Source of the DNA: an uncultured Candidatus Binatia bacterium
Lineage (GTDB): Bacteria > Desulfobacterota > Binatia > UBA9968 > JAJDTQ01
Reading direction: 5' to 3'
Assembly (NCBI GenBank): GCA_965213675.1
Contig: OZ243916.1
Location: forward strand, 2,656,001 to 2,720,000
Length of the DNA stretch: 64,000 nucleotides
Below the pieces are notes generated by a model, which saw only the letters and a program-made list of their open reading frames with translations, was not told where the DNA came from and made no database searches. This document shows, piece after piece, positions 19,510-29,636 of this stretch (the stretch's first letter is position 1; every line of letters starts with the position of its first letter). A program made the translations under genes and the position numbers.

Positions 19510-19919
19510 TCGTTGGGCCAAGAAATGCAACCTGCCGGCGGGGTCGAGCGCTCCCTTGAGCTGGGACGGGGACACCCGGGACTTTCTGCGGGGCTTCATG
19601 CGCACGAGCTCCGGCGTTCCCTCGTCGAAGCCAAGCTCCACCAGACGCTTCTTTCTCCAGCGCTTGCTTCGGTAACCCACCCGCACTGGCACCACCTCCC
19701 CCGAAAGAAGCGTGCCGCGGGAATACGCCGTGGTCTTGAAACGCGTGAGGCCTTCAACGCGCCGGTGGTCTTCAAGCTCGCCCGCACGGGATACGCCGTC
19801 GTATCGAGATCATGCGCGGCGGCACTCGAGATGAAAAAAACACCCGCGAGCGCGCTCAGCCACAAATTCCGCAACGCCGTCCGTGCTGATCGCCCTGCTC
19901 CGGAACTCGTCGGGTCCAT
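19510..19919 (-). pseudogene. Secreted DUF3108-like protein remnant, frameshifted and cut by the MITE
   Basis: Signal peptide LWLSALAGVFFISSAAA, then Y.VRASLKTTG; shifted frame continues TRFKTTAYSRG..RLVELGF..LKGALDP and ends at the MITE. Confidence 0.5.
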
Positions 19920-20030
19920 GGGCCTGGTAAACCAAGCCGCCAGGGGGTAGGGCGACCCGGGGCGAGTGCGGCGCCTCCATCCGGCGGCAAGGGTTGGGTG
20001 CGTGGGGGACTTTGTCTGGAGACGGGCCGG

Positions 20031-21254
20031 TTAGAGCAACAGGCGGTCCTCGTATTCGACCCGGGACAGCACATGCGGCTCGTCTTCGGTGACCAGCACC
20101 ATGTCCTCGATGCGTACGCCGCCGCCGCCTCTCACGTCCGGGACCCACACCAGCGGCTCCACGGCGAAGACCATGTTGGGCTGGAGCTCGAACACGGTGG
20201 CGCCCGGCAGGGTCTCGCCGATGTAGGGCGGCTCGTTGGCGCCCATGCCGATGCCGTGGCCGATGAACAGGCTGAACAGGTGCTCGGCCAGACCGTAGCG
20301 ATCGATGCGGGCGACGATGGCGTCGGACACATCCTTGTTGGTGTTGCCCGGGCGCATCCGAGCGATGCCCGCCATGAGCCCCTCGTATACGGCGGTGTAT
20401 ATCTCCTTCTGACGGCGGGTAGGCTTGCCGACAATGGTGGTGCGGCCGATGTCGGCGAAGTAGCCGTTCCACATGGCGCCGATGTCGATGAAGCAGAGGT
20501 CGCCGTTGCGCATGATCTTGTCGGTGCAGATGCGGTGGGGCGGCGACATGTGCTCGCCCGAGGCCACGTACGGGGTGATCACGTGGGCCATCTCCCCGCC
20601 CAGGTGGAACAGCGTCTGCATGGCGTCGCCGGCCACCTCGCATTCGCGCCGCCCGGCGCGGGTCTCGTCCAGCGCGCGCTGGGTGACGCTATCGCCCAGC
20701 GCGCAGGACTCCTCGATGACCGCGATCTCCTCGTCCAGCTTGACCCAGCGCGCCCGCTGCATGACCACGTCGCCGTCCACCGGCTCGATCTCGGGGAGAT
20801 GATTCCGTAACGATTCGATGAGGCACAACGGCGCCTGATCGATGCCGAGGCGGCCGCCTGAGAGCTTGAGGTCGCTCAGGAGGGGCTTGAGGACGGAAGT
20901 GACGAACCCGTCCGTGAGCTCCCGCTGTTCCATGATGGGGATGGTGTGGACGCTCGACAGCCAGGGCATGCCGAATAGGGCCTTGTCGTGCTCGCCGCCG
21001 GAACACAGCAGGATCGGCTCCTCGCCCTTGGCCAGCAGCACGCCGTTGAGGGCGGTGGTCTTGCCGGTAATGAGCTGGGCCCTCAGGCTGGTGAGGTAGC
21101 GGACGTTCTCGTCCTTCCACAGCAGCAGCGCCGGGAGATCGGAATGCGCCAGCTCCCGCTGGGCCTTCTCGACGCGCATCCGCCGCAGCGCCGGAAAGTC
21201 GTAGCGGTCCTCCCAATCGACGTTGAAGGTTCCGCGTGCGTATCGGGTGAGCAT
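20031..21254 (-). CDS. M24 (Xaa-Pro peptidase-fold) hydrolase with complete D-D-H-E-E ligand set
   Basis: ENVRYLT, FIDIG..GYFADIGRT, GHGIG, FAVEP, GVRIED. Confidence 0.9.
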   Translation of the reverse strand: MLTRYARGTFNVDWEDRYDFPALRRMRVEKAQRELAHSDLPALLLWKDENVRYLTSLRAQLITGKTTALNGVLLAKGEEPILLCSGGEHDKALFGMPWLSSVHTIPIMEQRELTDGFVTSVLKPLLSDLKLSGGRLGIDQAPLCLIESLRNHLPEIEPVDGDVVMQRARWVKLDEEIAVIEESCALGDSVTQRALDETRAGRRECEVAGDAMQTLFHLGGEMAHVITPYVASGEHMSPPHRICTDKIMRNGDLCFIDIGAMWNGYFADIGRTTIVGKPTRRQKEIYTAVYEGLMAGIARMRPGNTNKDVSDAIVARIDRYGLAEHLFSLFIGHGIGMGANEPPYIGETLPGATVFELQPNMVFAVEPLVWVPDVRGGGGVRIEDMVLVTEDEPHVLSRVEYEDRLLL

Positions 21255-21292
21255 GGGACGTCGGGGAAGGGCGACGGCGCCGGGCCTCCGCG

Positions 21293-22441
21293 TCAGCCCG
21301 CGGGGCCGGACACGCCGTACAGGCGGGCGCAGTTGTCCCACAGGATCTTCCTGCGCGAGCCATCGGTGACGTCGTCGATGGCCAGGAACGTGTTCATGGC
21401 GTTGGGCCAGTGGGCGTCGTCGTGGGGATAGTCCGTGGAGATCACGAGGTTGTCGTCTCCCACCCGGCTGATGACGTCGGTCACGAGACTCTCGTCCGGA
21501 TCCACGGACACGAAGCACTGCCGCATGAAGTAGTCGCTGGGCCTTTGGCTCAGGGGCTCGTCGAGCTGGTCCTTGCGGTCGTGCCAGCGCTCGTCCATGC
21601 GGTACAGCAGCCACGGCAGCCAACTGCAGTTGCCCTCCAGAAACACCGCCCGCAAGGCCGGGAAGCGCTCCAGCACCCCGCCGCCGCAGAAACTGCCGAT
21701 GGCCATCATCAACTCCACCGCCTTGCTGTAGGTGCTGACCAGAAAACCGTCGTTGGGGTGCCCCACGAAACGAAGCGCCGCGTGCTCCTGCCTCGGGAAC
21801 CCCGCGGGGTGGAAGCAGATGGGCACTCCCGTCCGCTCCGCCTGGGCCCACAGCGGGTCGAAATAGTGGTCGTGGATGTGATTGCCGTTGACCGGCTCCG
21901 GGACGAGGCACAGTCCGGCGGCCCCCAGTTCCGTCACTGCGCGCCGTGCCTCCTCTACCGCCAGGTCCACGTCGTGCAGCGTGATCAGCGCCGCGAACTT
22001 CATCCGCGCCGGGTCCTCCTTGCAGAAGTCGAAGATCCAGTCGTTCCAGGCCCGGCACAGCGCCATGGCGTATTCCGCCTCCAGGCCGTCGTCGCAGTGA
22101 AGCGGGAATGTGCGAAACAGGACCGCCACGTCCAGGCCTTCCACGTCCATGGCGTCGAGTTGCGAAACCGCGTCGTAGTCCCGTGCCATGGAGTTCCGGT
22201 AGTGGGGCGCAACCTTCTCGAACCGCTGTTCCTGGGCGTTCCGCGGCGAGCGGAGTTTGCCGCCGCCGGGACGCACCGGGGTGCCGTCGGCGAAGGTGAA
22301 GCGGATCTGCCCGTGACGCTTGCGCGGCTCGCCCCGTGGTATGCGATCGCCCCACTTGGGGGCCATGTACTTGAGATACAGGTCGTGGGGCTCGAAAACG
22401 TGCATGTCACTGTCGAGGACTCTGAAGCCGTTCTTCGTCAT
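21293..22441 (-). CDS. Amidohydrolase_2 family protein
   Basis: LDSDMHVFEP, MDVEGLDVAVLF, CFHP, FLEGNCSWLP, STDYPHDD. Confidence 0.92.
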   Translation of the reverse strand: MTKNGFRVLDSDMHVFEPHDLYLKYMAPKWGDRIPRGEPRKRHGQIRFTFADGTPVRPGGGKLRSPRNAQEQRFEKVAPHYRNSMARDYDAVSQLDAMDVEGLDVAVLFRTFPLHCDDGLEAEYAMALCRAWNDWIFDFCKEDPARMKFAALITLHDVDLAVEEARRAVTELGAAGLCLVPEPVNGNHIHDHYFDPLWAQAERTGVPICFHPAGFPRQEHAALRFVGHPNDGFLVSTYSKAVELMMAIGSFCGGGVLERFPALRAVFLEGNCSWLPWLLYRMDERWHDRKDQLDEPLSQRPSDYFMRQCFVSVDPDESLVTDVISRVGDDNLVISTDYPHDDAHWPNAMNTFLAIDDVTDGSRRKILWDNCARLYGVSGPAG

Positions 22442-22463
22442 AGCGTGGGTCCTCGTGGGTGGC

Positions 22464-22491
22464 GTCCTTCGACTGCGCTACGCTCAGGACG
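22464..22491 (+). repeat. REP family C (also 23584-23611 and inverted at 37889-37921)
   Basis: GTCCTTCGAYT-CGCT(A/T)CGCTCAGGACG in short intra-operon spacers. Confidence 0.75.
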
Positions 22492-22508
22492 CAAGTTACG
22501 ACAGGCTC

Positions 22509-23567
22509 CTAGTCTCCGAGTTCCGCCCACCGGCCGGCGCCGCCGAACCGCACGGCGTCCATGATCTGCTGACAGCGGTATGCGTCCTCGAAGTTGGGGG
22601 TGGGCGAGGTGCCCTCCTCGATGCCGCGCCGGAACCGGCGGGCCAGCACGCAAAAAGCCCCCAGGCGCGCATCCCGCTCGTCCAGCGCCACATGGAAACG
22701 TTCGGGCACGGGCAACTCCCGCAGCTCCTTGTCGTCGGCATGCCGCGCGCCGAAGACGGTGCCGTCGGGCGGCGGATTGGGGCCTGCGTGGGACAGGCTC
22801 AGGCTCCCCTCCGTGCCGTGAATCTCCATTCGCACCTTGGATCCCAGGGGCGCGGTGAAGTCGGCGGCCAGCGACGCCCAGCCGCCCTTCGCAAAATTCA
22901 TGAGAAGGCCGAAGGCGTCGTCGGAAGTATCGGCGCCGTGGGCGCCGTTCGCCGGCGTGAACACCCGGCCGCTGACGCTGGCGACGTCTCCGAACCAGTC
23001 CCGCAGACAATCGATATAGTGGGAGCCCAGACCGCCCAGCTGCCCGCCGCCGTAGGAATACTGTTGGCGCCAGTCGAAACCGGGCCGGCCACCGGGCGGA
23101 CCGCCCCTCATGAACAGGGTCACGGACGCGCTCTGGAAGTCGCCGATGTAGCCTTGCTCCAGCAATTCCTTGACATACGCGCGGGCCGGCGCGAAGCGGA
23201 ACTCGTGGGCGACCATGGCGGTCAGTTTGGTGCCGCGGGACTTGTCCAGCATGGCCTTGGCCTCCGCCTCGTCCATGGCGAACGGCTTCTCACACAGCAC
23301 GTGCTTGCCCGCGTCCAACGCCGCCGCGGCCATCTCGTGGTGGAGGTTGGGAGGGGTCACGATGCTCACCGCGTCGAGGTCCGGCTGCTCGAGCATCTCA
23401 CGGTAGTCCGTGTACGGGTGCGGTATGCCCAGGCTCGCCGCCGCCTCCCGGGCCCGCTCCTCCCTCCGGGAACAGATGGCCGCTACCTCGAAGCCCTCCG
23501 CCTGGAACGCCGGGGCCTGCACCTTCGCACCAAATCCCACGCCGATGACGCCGATGCGAATCACCAT
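22509..23567 (-). CDS. Gfo/Idh/MocA oxidoreductase
   Basis: IGVIGVGFG, GKHVLCEKP, EFRF.P, GGGQLGGLGSHYID. Confidence 0.93.
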   Translation of the reverse strand: MVIRIGVIGVGFGAKVQAPAFQAEGFEVAAICSRREERAREAAASLGIPHPYTDYREMLEQPDLDAVSIVTPPNLHHEMAAAALDAGKHVLCEKPFAMDEAEAKAMLDKSRGTKLTAMVAHEFRFAPARAYVKELLEQGYIGDFQSASVTLFMRGGPPGGRPGFDWRQQYSYGGGQLGGLGSHYIDCLRDWFGDVASVSGRVFTPANGAHGADTSDDAFGLLMNFAKGGWASLAADFTAPLGSKVRMEIHGTEGSLSLSHAGPNPPPDGTVFGARHADDKELRELPVPERFHVALDERDARLGAFCVLARRFRRGIEEGTSPTPNFEDAYRCQQIMDAVRFGGAGRWAELGD

Positions 23568-23622
23568 GAATCTCCCGTAAGCGGTCCTTCGATTTCGCTT
23601 CGCTCAGGACGCATTTCTTCTC

Positions 23623-25107
23623 TCAAATATCCGATTTCAACGACAGGCCGTCCGCCACCGCGTTCTCGCATGCGGTCCCGGCGAAGAACCCGGGGTTCAT
23701 ATCGGTATAGAACCGGGCCGCGTTGGTGAACGCGAAATCGCGAAAGTCGTCTTCGTTGAGCAGTCCCCGCTCTACAAGCTCGTAAGCCTCCGGCACCACC
23801 TCGCGCATGTCGGCCACGTCCCAGTGGCCCAGATCCGAGCTCATCATGGCGTTCAACCGGGCGCCGAAGGGATTGGTCCGCGAGTTGAAGGCCCAAACCA
23901 CCGTCGGGTCGTCGGCCTCGCACCCGAAATAGAAATGCGGCACGAACAGGTCTCGAATGTCACGGGGCTCCTCGATCTCGCACCGGGCCCAATCGTCGAG
24001 GTTGTCCGGGTGCCTCAACTCATGCGCTTTACGGTAATTTCCGATGGCCGACGCGTCGGTCCCTTCGAAGAACCTGCGGATGTCCTCCAGCCGGTCCTTG
24101 ACCCGGTCACTGCCGTACTCCCCCACCAGCCGCAACAGTTCTTCCTGATCGAGATTCTCCGGGTTGAGGTTCTGGATGCCCTTGGGGCCCCGTTTCTCCC
24201 AGTGGCCGATCAGGTCCGCGTACAACACGCAGGCCCAGCCGACGCCGCATTCGAGAAAACCCAGCCGGATGCCGGGGAAGCGCCGGGTCACGCCACCCAT
24301 GAACAGCGACTTGCAGATGGCCTCGTTGGCCGCGGCGAAGTGGCCGATATGGTTGTAGGCGTAGTTGGAGATGGACTGGCGGGTGCCGATGCCCTGGGAA
24401 CCGGCGTGGGACGTGGGCACCGCCTTCAACTCGACGCACTTGGCCCACACCGGGTCGTAGTCGTACTCGCTGTCCAGCCCGAAGGTATCCAGGCGGTAGG
24501 CATACGGCGCCAGCTCCGGCCCGGCGCCCTGGGCCTTCGGAATGGGGCGGCGCTGATGCGTGAACACGATGACCTTCAGACCCAACTCGTTGACCGCGTA
24601 CTCCATCTCCTCAATGGCCTCGCGGGGATTCACGAACGGGATCACCGCGGCCGGGGTGATGCGGTCCGCGCAATCGCGGTAGATCTCCGCGTGGAACGTG
24701 TTGAGCGCCCGGCACGATACCCTCCGGAGCTCCTCGTCGCGGAATACCGGCGGCCCGCCCATGCCCTCGGTGGGATACAGCACCGCGTAGTCGAGCCCCA
24801 GCTCTTCCATCCTTTCGTGGAGCAAACGCGGCAGCGAGGCGGTGGCGCGGTCCAGGGTCCGCGTCGGCCGGGCCCACCACGGCGGACAGCGCGTCCAATC
24901 GTGGCGCCGCTCGCTTTCGGACATGTCGTGCCAGCGGTTGGTTCCCCGGGCCGCGGTGGCCTTCACGTAGCGCTCGACGATATCCGGGCCGCCCGCCTGC
25001 TTGAGATAGTCGAGATAGACCGGCGTGAGCTCCACCGTATGCCCGTCCGAGTCGATGATCGGGTGACCGAGGCGTGCGCGAATCTTTTCTGACGTTGAAG
25101 CCAGCAT
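23623..25107 (-). CDS. Amidohydrolase_2 family protein (long type)
   Basis: HPIIDSDGH, GLDYAVLYPT, FLECGVGW, FGCEADD, SSDLGHWDV. Confidence 0.9.
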   Translation of the reverse strand: MLASTSEKIRARLGHPIIDSDGHTVELTPVYLDYLKQAGGPDIVERYVKATAARGTNRWHDMSESERRHDWTRCPPWWARPTRTLDRATASLPRLLHERMEELGLDYAVLYPTEGMGGPPVFRDEELRRVSCRALNTFHAEIYRDCADRITPAAVIPFVNPREAIEEMEYAVNELGLKVIVFTHQRRPIPKAQGAGPELAPYAYRLDTFGLDSEYDYDPVWAKCVELKAVPTSHAGSQGIGTRQSISNYAYNHIGHFAAANEAICKSLFMGGVTRRFPGIRLGFLECGVGWACVLYADLIGHWEKRGPKGIQNLNPENLDQEELLRLVGEYGSDRVKDRLEDIRRFFEGTDASAIGNYRKAHELRHPDNLDDWARCEIEEPRDIRDLFVPHFYFGCEADDPTVVWAFNSRTNPFGARLNAMMSSDLGHWDVADMREVVPEAYELVERGLLNEDDFRDFAFTNAARFYTDMNPGFFAGTACENAVADGLSLKSDI

Positions 25108-25137
25108 GGGACGCCATGTTATCCCAACACCGTCAAT

Positions 25138-25171
25138 AGTCAACATGTACCGGGAGTCAACATGTACCGGG
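25138..25171. repeat. Perfect 17-bp tandem duplication upstream of the amidohydrolase operon
   Basis: agtcaacatgtaccggg x2. Confidence 0.9.
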
Positions 25172-25268
25172 TGACCACCTCCTGCATCTTGGAGTCGACA
25201 GTGCTTTTCAGACAGTCTGACGATGAGTCCATCGCTTGGCGGGAGAAGACACGAGGGAAGGAGGTTCC

Positions 25269-25340
25269 ATGAAACGTTGGATTGCATTCTGATGGCGTTG
25301 CTGGTGTCGCCTTTGCCGCACACGCCGCCGATACGTCTAT
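25269..25340 (+). pseudogene. Frameshifted signal-peptide stub of a lost secreted protein
   Basis: aaggagg RBS + MKRWIA / LMALL / GVAFAAHAADT spread across three frames. Confidence 0.5.
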
Positions 25341-25372
25341 TCTATTGGCTCGCCACGGCAGAACCGGCCACG

Positions 25373-26593
25373 TCAAACCACCCGCCACCAAGGCGTTGCC
25401 AGGACATCCGGGGCCAGCCATTCCGTGTTGTCTCCGGTGTGCAGCAGCAACCCCGCCCGGGCCCGACCGGGATACTCGGCTTGAAACGTCCGCAGATGCC
25501 GTGTGTCGCGGAGGCCGGGGCGGCGGCTTGCTTTGATTTCAATGGGCAAGAGGCCGTCGTCGGTTTCAACTACGAAGTCCACTTCTTCGCCTGCCGCGGT
25601 GCGCCAATGAAGGATTTCGGCCCGGGCGAGGCGGGCGTCGCGCCACACAAGCAGGTCGTTGAGCACCAGATTCTCAAGCCATGCGCCCGTAGGCTCGCCG
25701 CCCGCCAGATGCAGGGCAACGCCCGTGTCGCTCCAGTACAGCTTGGGAGCCTTCATTAACCGCTTGGTGCGGTTGACTGCATAGGCCGGCACGCGGACCA
25801 GCAGGCAAGACGTTTCCAAGAGGTTGAGATAGCGGTGCACCGTGGCCTGGGGCAAGGCCACGTCCCGCCCCAATTCCGTCTGGTTCACGGTCTGGCCGAT
25901 GCGGAGGCAAGCGGCGCGCATCAAGCGGCGGAAGGCCGGCAGCGCGGCCACAGAGGACAGTTGAAGCAGGTCACGTTCCAGGTACGTTCGCACGTAGCCG
26001 TCGAACCAGACGGCGCGCTCCTCGCCGGTTCCGAGATGTACCGCGGGATACGGAAAGCCGCCACGCCGTGCGAATGCCTGCCAACCTTCCGGGCCGGAGG
26101 CCGTGCCCTGCGTTACAATATCGGACCACGCCGCATCCGGGGCGGCAACCAGTTCTTCCCACATCCCGCAGGTGCCCAGGCCAAGCTGTTCGCGTCGCGA
26201 CATGGGCCACAGCGAGAGATAGCTGGCGCGTCCGGCCAAGGTTTCGGCGACCTGACGCATCAACAGCAGGTTCGCCGAACCTGTCAACAAAAAGTGCCCG
26301 GGACGGCGATGACGGTCGATCTCTCGCTTTACCGTGGCCAGAAGGTCCGGCACACGCTGCACCTCGTCCAAAGTGACCGGCGTCTTGCCGCCGACCAGCG
26401 CCAACGGATCGTGCCGGGCGGCGTCAAGCGCATCAAGGTCATCCAGCGAGACGTAGCGTCGCTTGCGGGGCGCCGATTCACCGGCCAGGGTGCTCTTGCC
26501 GGTCTGCCGCGCCCCCATGACCACGACCGCGGGCATGGTGCGGAGCCGTTGTTGGAGGGTGTGACCAACATGACGTGGAAGAAATCCATTCAT
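25373..26593 (-). CDS. AAA_14 ATPase with DUF4143 / PD-(D/E)xK C-terminus
   Basis: GARQTGKST, LDEVQR, FLLTGSA, LAGR, GGFP, KAPKLYWSDTG, EVDFV..PIEIK. Confidence 0.92.
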   Translation of the reverse strand: MNGFLPRHVGHTLQQRLRTMPAVVVMGARQTGKSTLAGESAPRKRRYVSLDDLDALDAARHDPLALVGGKTPVTLDEVQRVPDLLATVKREIDRHRRPGHFLLTGSANLLLMRQVAETLAGRASYLSLWPMSRREQLGLGTCGMWEELVAAPDAAWSDIVTQGTASGPEGWQAFARRGGFPYPAVHLGTGEERAVWFDGYVRTYLERDLLQLSSVAALPAFRRLMRAACLRIGQTVNQTELGRDVALPQATVHRYLNLLETSCLLVRVPAYAVNRTKRLMKAPKLYWSDTGVALHLAGGEPTGAWLENLVLNDLLVWRDARLARAEILHWRTAAGEEVDFVVETDDGLLPIEIKASRRPGLRDTRHLRTFQAEYPGRARAGLLLHTGDNTEWLAPDVLATPWWRVV

Positions 26594-26761
26594 CCTATGG
26601 ATGATATCCATTCTTTGGCTGAATAGATACCCGGCGGAACACACTGATGGAGCCTCTTGTAGAAGCGGCCCTGACAGACCCGAATCCCCTTGACGCAGGT
26701 CGAGCAGAGACGATAAGGACCATAGGGCAAGGTAGGCGCAACCATTTGTTGGGAGCTTCCG

Positions 26762-27682
26762 ATGTCCAACGGGGCAGGTGCCGAAGCAGCAACCATAACG
26801 GGGCTTGGCCGCGTCGGCGGCGTGTTCGCCTCGGTCCGTGACTGGCTCGTCCGGTTTTCCGAAAACCGCATGGCCGTGGCGGGGTTCCTGTTCGTCTCCT
26901 TCGTCTTTATCGTGGCGGCCTTCGCGCCCCAGATCGCCTACTACGACCCCGACGAAGTGGACCTGACGGCGCGTTTGGTGCCGCTGTCCGCTGACCATCC
27001 CTTCGGCACGGACACATTCGGGCGCGACATCTTCTCACGCGTGGTCTACGGCGCCCGCATCTCGGTCATCGCCGGGCTCGGCTCCGTCACCTTGGCGCTG
27101 GCGGTGGGAGTGTTCCTGGGCGCGGTGTCCGGCTTCGCCGGAAGGGCCCTGGACAACGTGCTGATGCGGATCATGGACGCGGTGATGGCGTTCCCGGGAC
27201 TTCTCCTGGCCATCGCCCTTATGGCCGCGCTGGGGGCGTCCCTCACCAACGTGTGCATTGCCTTGGCCATTCGCTACACGCCCAATTTCGCCCGCTTGGT
27301 CCGGGCCTCGGTGCTCAAGGAGCGCGAGAAGGAATACGTGGAAGCGGCCATGGTGCAGGGGGAATCCGACCTTCGGGTACTGTTCCGACAGATCCTGCCC
27401 AACTGCATGGCTCCGTTGCTGGTGCAGGCGACCCTGGATTTCGCCCACGCCATCATCGCCGAGGCGTCCCTGAGCTTTCTGGGCATCGGCGTGCCGCCGC
27501 CCACCCCGAGCTGGGGCAGCATCCTGCACGCGGCACGCTCCATCATGGAGTTCTATCCCTGGGCCGCCATCTTCCCGGGGCTGGCCATCTGCTTTTCGGT
27601 GCTGGGCCTCAATCTTCTGGGGGACGGACTTCGCGACGTCCTGGACCCGCGTTTGAGCGAGGAGAGGTCCGGCAGTGCCTGA
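26762..27682 (+). CDS. Opp/Dpp-family ABC permease (OppC-like)
   Basis: HPFGTDTFGRDIFSR, EYVEAA, EASLSFLGIG..PSWG, GDGLRDVLDPR. Confidence 0.94.
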   Translation: MSNGAGAEAATITGLGRVGGVFASVRDWLVRFSENRMAVAGFLFVSFVFIVAAFAPQIAYYDPDEVDLTARLVPLSADHPFGTDTFGRDIFSRVVYGARISVIAGLGSVTLALAVGVFLGAVSGFAGRALDNVLMRIMDAVMAFPGLLLAIALMAALGASLTNVCIALAIRYTPNFARLVRASVLKEREKEYVEAAMVQGESDLRVLFRQILPNCMAPLLVQATLDFAHAIIAEASLSFLGIGVPPPTPSWGSILHAARSIMEFYPWAAIFPGLAICFSVLGLNLLGDGLRDVLDPRLSEERSGSA

Positions 27683-28643
27683 ACCGCTTCTGGACGTCCG
27701 GGACCTGGAAACCCGCTTCTTCCTCCGCAAGGGAGTCCTCACCGCTGTGGACCGGGTGTCGTTCCAACTGGAACAGGGGCAGACTCTGGGCATCGTGGGC
27801 GAAACCGGTTCGGGGAAGAGCGTGCTGGCGCTATCGCTCATGCGGCTCGTGCCGCAGCCGCCAGGCAGGATCACCCACGGGCAGATCCTGTTCAAGGGCG
27901 AGGACCTGCTGACCAAGACGGAACCGGAGATGCGCTCCTACCGCGGCAGCCGCATCTCCATGATTTTCCAGGAACCCATGGTGGCGTTGAACCCCGCCTA
28001 CACCGTCGGCGACCAGGTGGCGGAGGGGTACGTGATCCACGAGGGCGTACGCAAGAAGGAAGCCTACGAGCGCGCTGCCGAAATGCTCAACAAGGTGGGG
28101 ATCCCCAATCCCAAGGAACGGCTCAACAGCTATCCGCACGAATTCAGCGGCGGCATGCGCCAGCGCGTCATGATCGCCATCGCGCTGGCGTGCAACCCGG
28201 ACCTGCTGATCGCCGACGAGCCCACCACCGCCCTGGACGTGACCATCCAGGCACAGATCCTGGACCTGCTTCGGGAGTTGCTGGAGCAGTTGGGCAAGTC
28301 GCTGATCTTCATCACTCATGACTTGGGCGTAGCCGCGGTGCTGTGCGACCACATCGCGGTGATGTACGCCGGCAACATCGTGGAGCTGGCGGACCGGAAG
28401 TCCATCTTCGAAAACCCGCTCCACCCCTATACCCAGGGGCTCCTGCGGGCGCTGCCGCGCCGGGGCGAGCGCGAACGGCTGCTGGACCCCATACCGGGCG
28501 TGGTGTGCAACCTGCTGGACCCGCCCGCCGGTTGCAACTTCCGGCCCCGGTGCGACCAGGCCTTGGACGTGTGCGCGAGCGAAGATCCCCGCCTCGCCCT
28601 GGTCAAGAGCCGGCAGGTGGCCTGCCACCTCTACCCGGCTTGA
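27675..28643 (+). CDS. Opp/Dpp-family ABC ATPase (OppD-like)
   Basis: [50 protein letters not shown]. Confidence 0.94.
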   Translation: MPEPLLDVRDLETRFFLRKGVLTAVDRVSFQLEQGQTLGIVGETGSGKSVLALSLMRLVPQPPGRITHGQILFKGEDLLTKTEPEMRSYRGSRISMIFQEPMVALNPAYTVGDQVAEGYVIHEGVRKKEAYERAAEMLNKVGIPNPKERLNSYPHEFSGGMRQRVMIAIALACNPDLLIADEPTTALDVTIQAQILDLLRELLEQLGKSLIFITHDLGVAAVLCDHIAVMYAGNIVELADRKSIFENPLHPYTQGLLRALPRRGERERLLDPIPGVVCNLLDPPAGCNFRPRCDQALDVCASEDPRLALVKSRQVACHLYPA

Positions 28644-28650
28644 GGACGTC

Positions 28651-29622
28651 ATGCGGGAAGAACTCCTCAGAGTCGACGATCTGGCGAAGTATTTTTCCAT
28701 GACTTCATTCTTCTCGCTCTTCGGCGGCAAGGGCGCGGAGCTCAAGGCGGTGGACGGAGTCAGCTTTTCCATCGACAAGGGCGAAACCTTCGGGTTGGTG
28801 GGTGAGAGCGGCAGCGGCAAGTCCACCACGGCCCGGCTGATCACGCGGCTGGTGGACGCCACACGGGGGAAGGTGCATTTCGAAGGGCAGGATCTCCTGG
28901 AGATGCCCCGATCCGCGTTCCACAAGTTCCGCCGCCGCATCCAGATGGTGTTTCAGGATCCCTACACGTCGCTGAACCCACGCATGCGGGTGCGGGACAT
29001 TCTCGGCAACCCGGTCAAGCTCCACAACATCGTCCCCACCAATCAGGTGGGAGACCGGGTGGTGGAACTTCTGGAGCTCGTGGGCCTCCAGGCGGAGCAC
29101 CGGGACCGCTACCCCCACGAGTTCAGCGGCGGACAGCGGCAGCGCATCAGCATCGCCCGGGCCATGGCGCTCGAGCCCGACCTGATCATCGCCGACGAGG
29201 CGGTGTCGGCCCTGGACGTTTCGGTGCGCGCCCAGATCCTCAACCTGTTCCGGCAACTGCAGCGGACCAAGGGGTTGACCTACCTGTTCATCGCACACGA
29301 CCTGAGCGTCGTGGACTATTTTTGTGAACGCGTCGCGGTCATGTACGGCGGCAAGATCGTCGAGGTGGGCGCGGTGGAGGAACTCTTCAACAAGCCGGCT
29401 CATCCATACACGGAAGCGCTGGTGTCGGCCATCCCCGAGCCCGACCCCAGCCGGGAGTTCCGGCCCCGCGTGCTGCACGGCGAGATGGTCAATCTGATCG
29501 ACCGGCCGCCGGGGTGCGTGTTTTATGGCCGCTGCCCCATCGCCGAGCCTGTGTGCGCCGAGGTGGAGCCGCCGCTGGAGCGTAAGTCGGGCGGGCGCCA
29601 GGTGGCCTGCCACCTGCGCTAG
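28651..29622 (+). CDS. Opp/Dpp-family ABC ATPase (OppF-like)
   Basis: GESGSGKST, QMVFQDP..SLNPR, SGGQRQRI, HDLSVV, VACHL. Confidence 0.94.
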   Translation: MREELLRVDDLAKYFSMTSFFSLFGGKGAELKAVDGVSFSIDKGETFGLVGESGSGKSTTARLITRLVDATRGKVHFEGQDLLEMPRSAFHKFRRRIQMVFQDPYTSLNPRMRVRDILGNPVKLHNIVPTNQVGDRVVELLELVGLQAEHRDRYPHEFSGGQRQRISIARAMALEPDLIIADEAVSALDVSVRAQILNLFRQLQRTKGLTYLFIAHDLSVVDYFCERVAVMYGGKIVEVGAVEELFNKPAHPYTEALVSAIPEPDPSREFRPRVLHGEMVNLIDRPPGCVFYGRCPIAEPVCAEVEPPLERKSGGRQVACHLR

Positions 29623-29636
29623 AAGGAAGAATCGCG

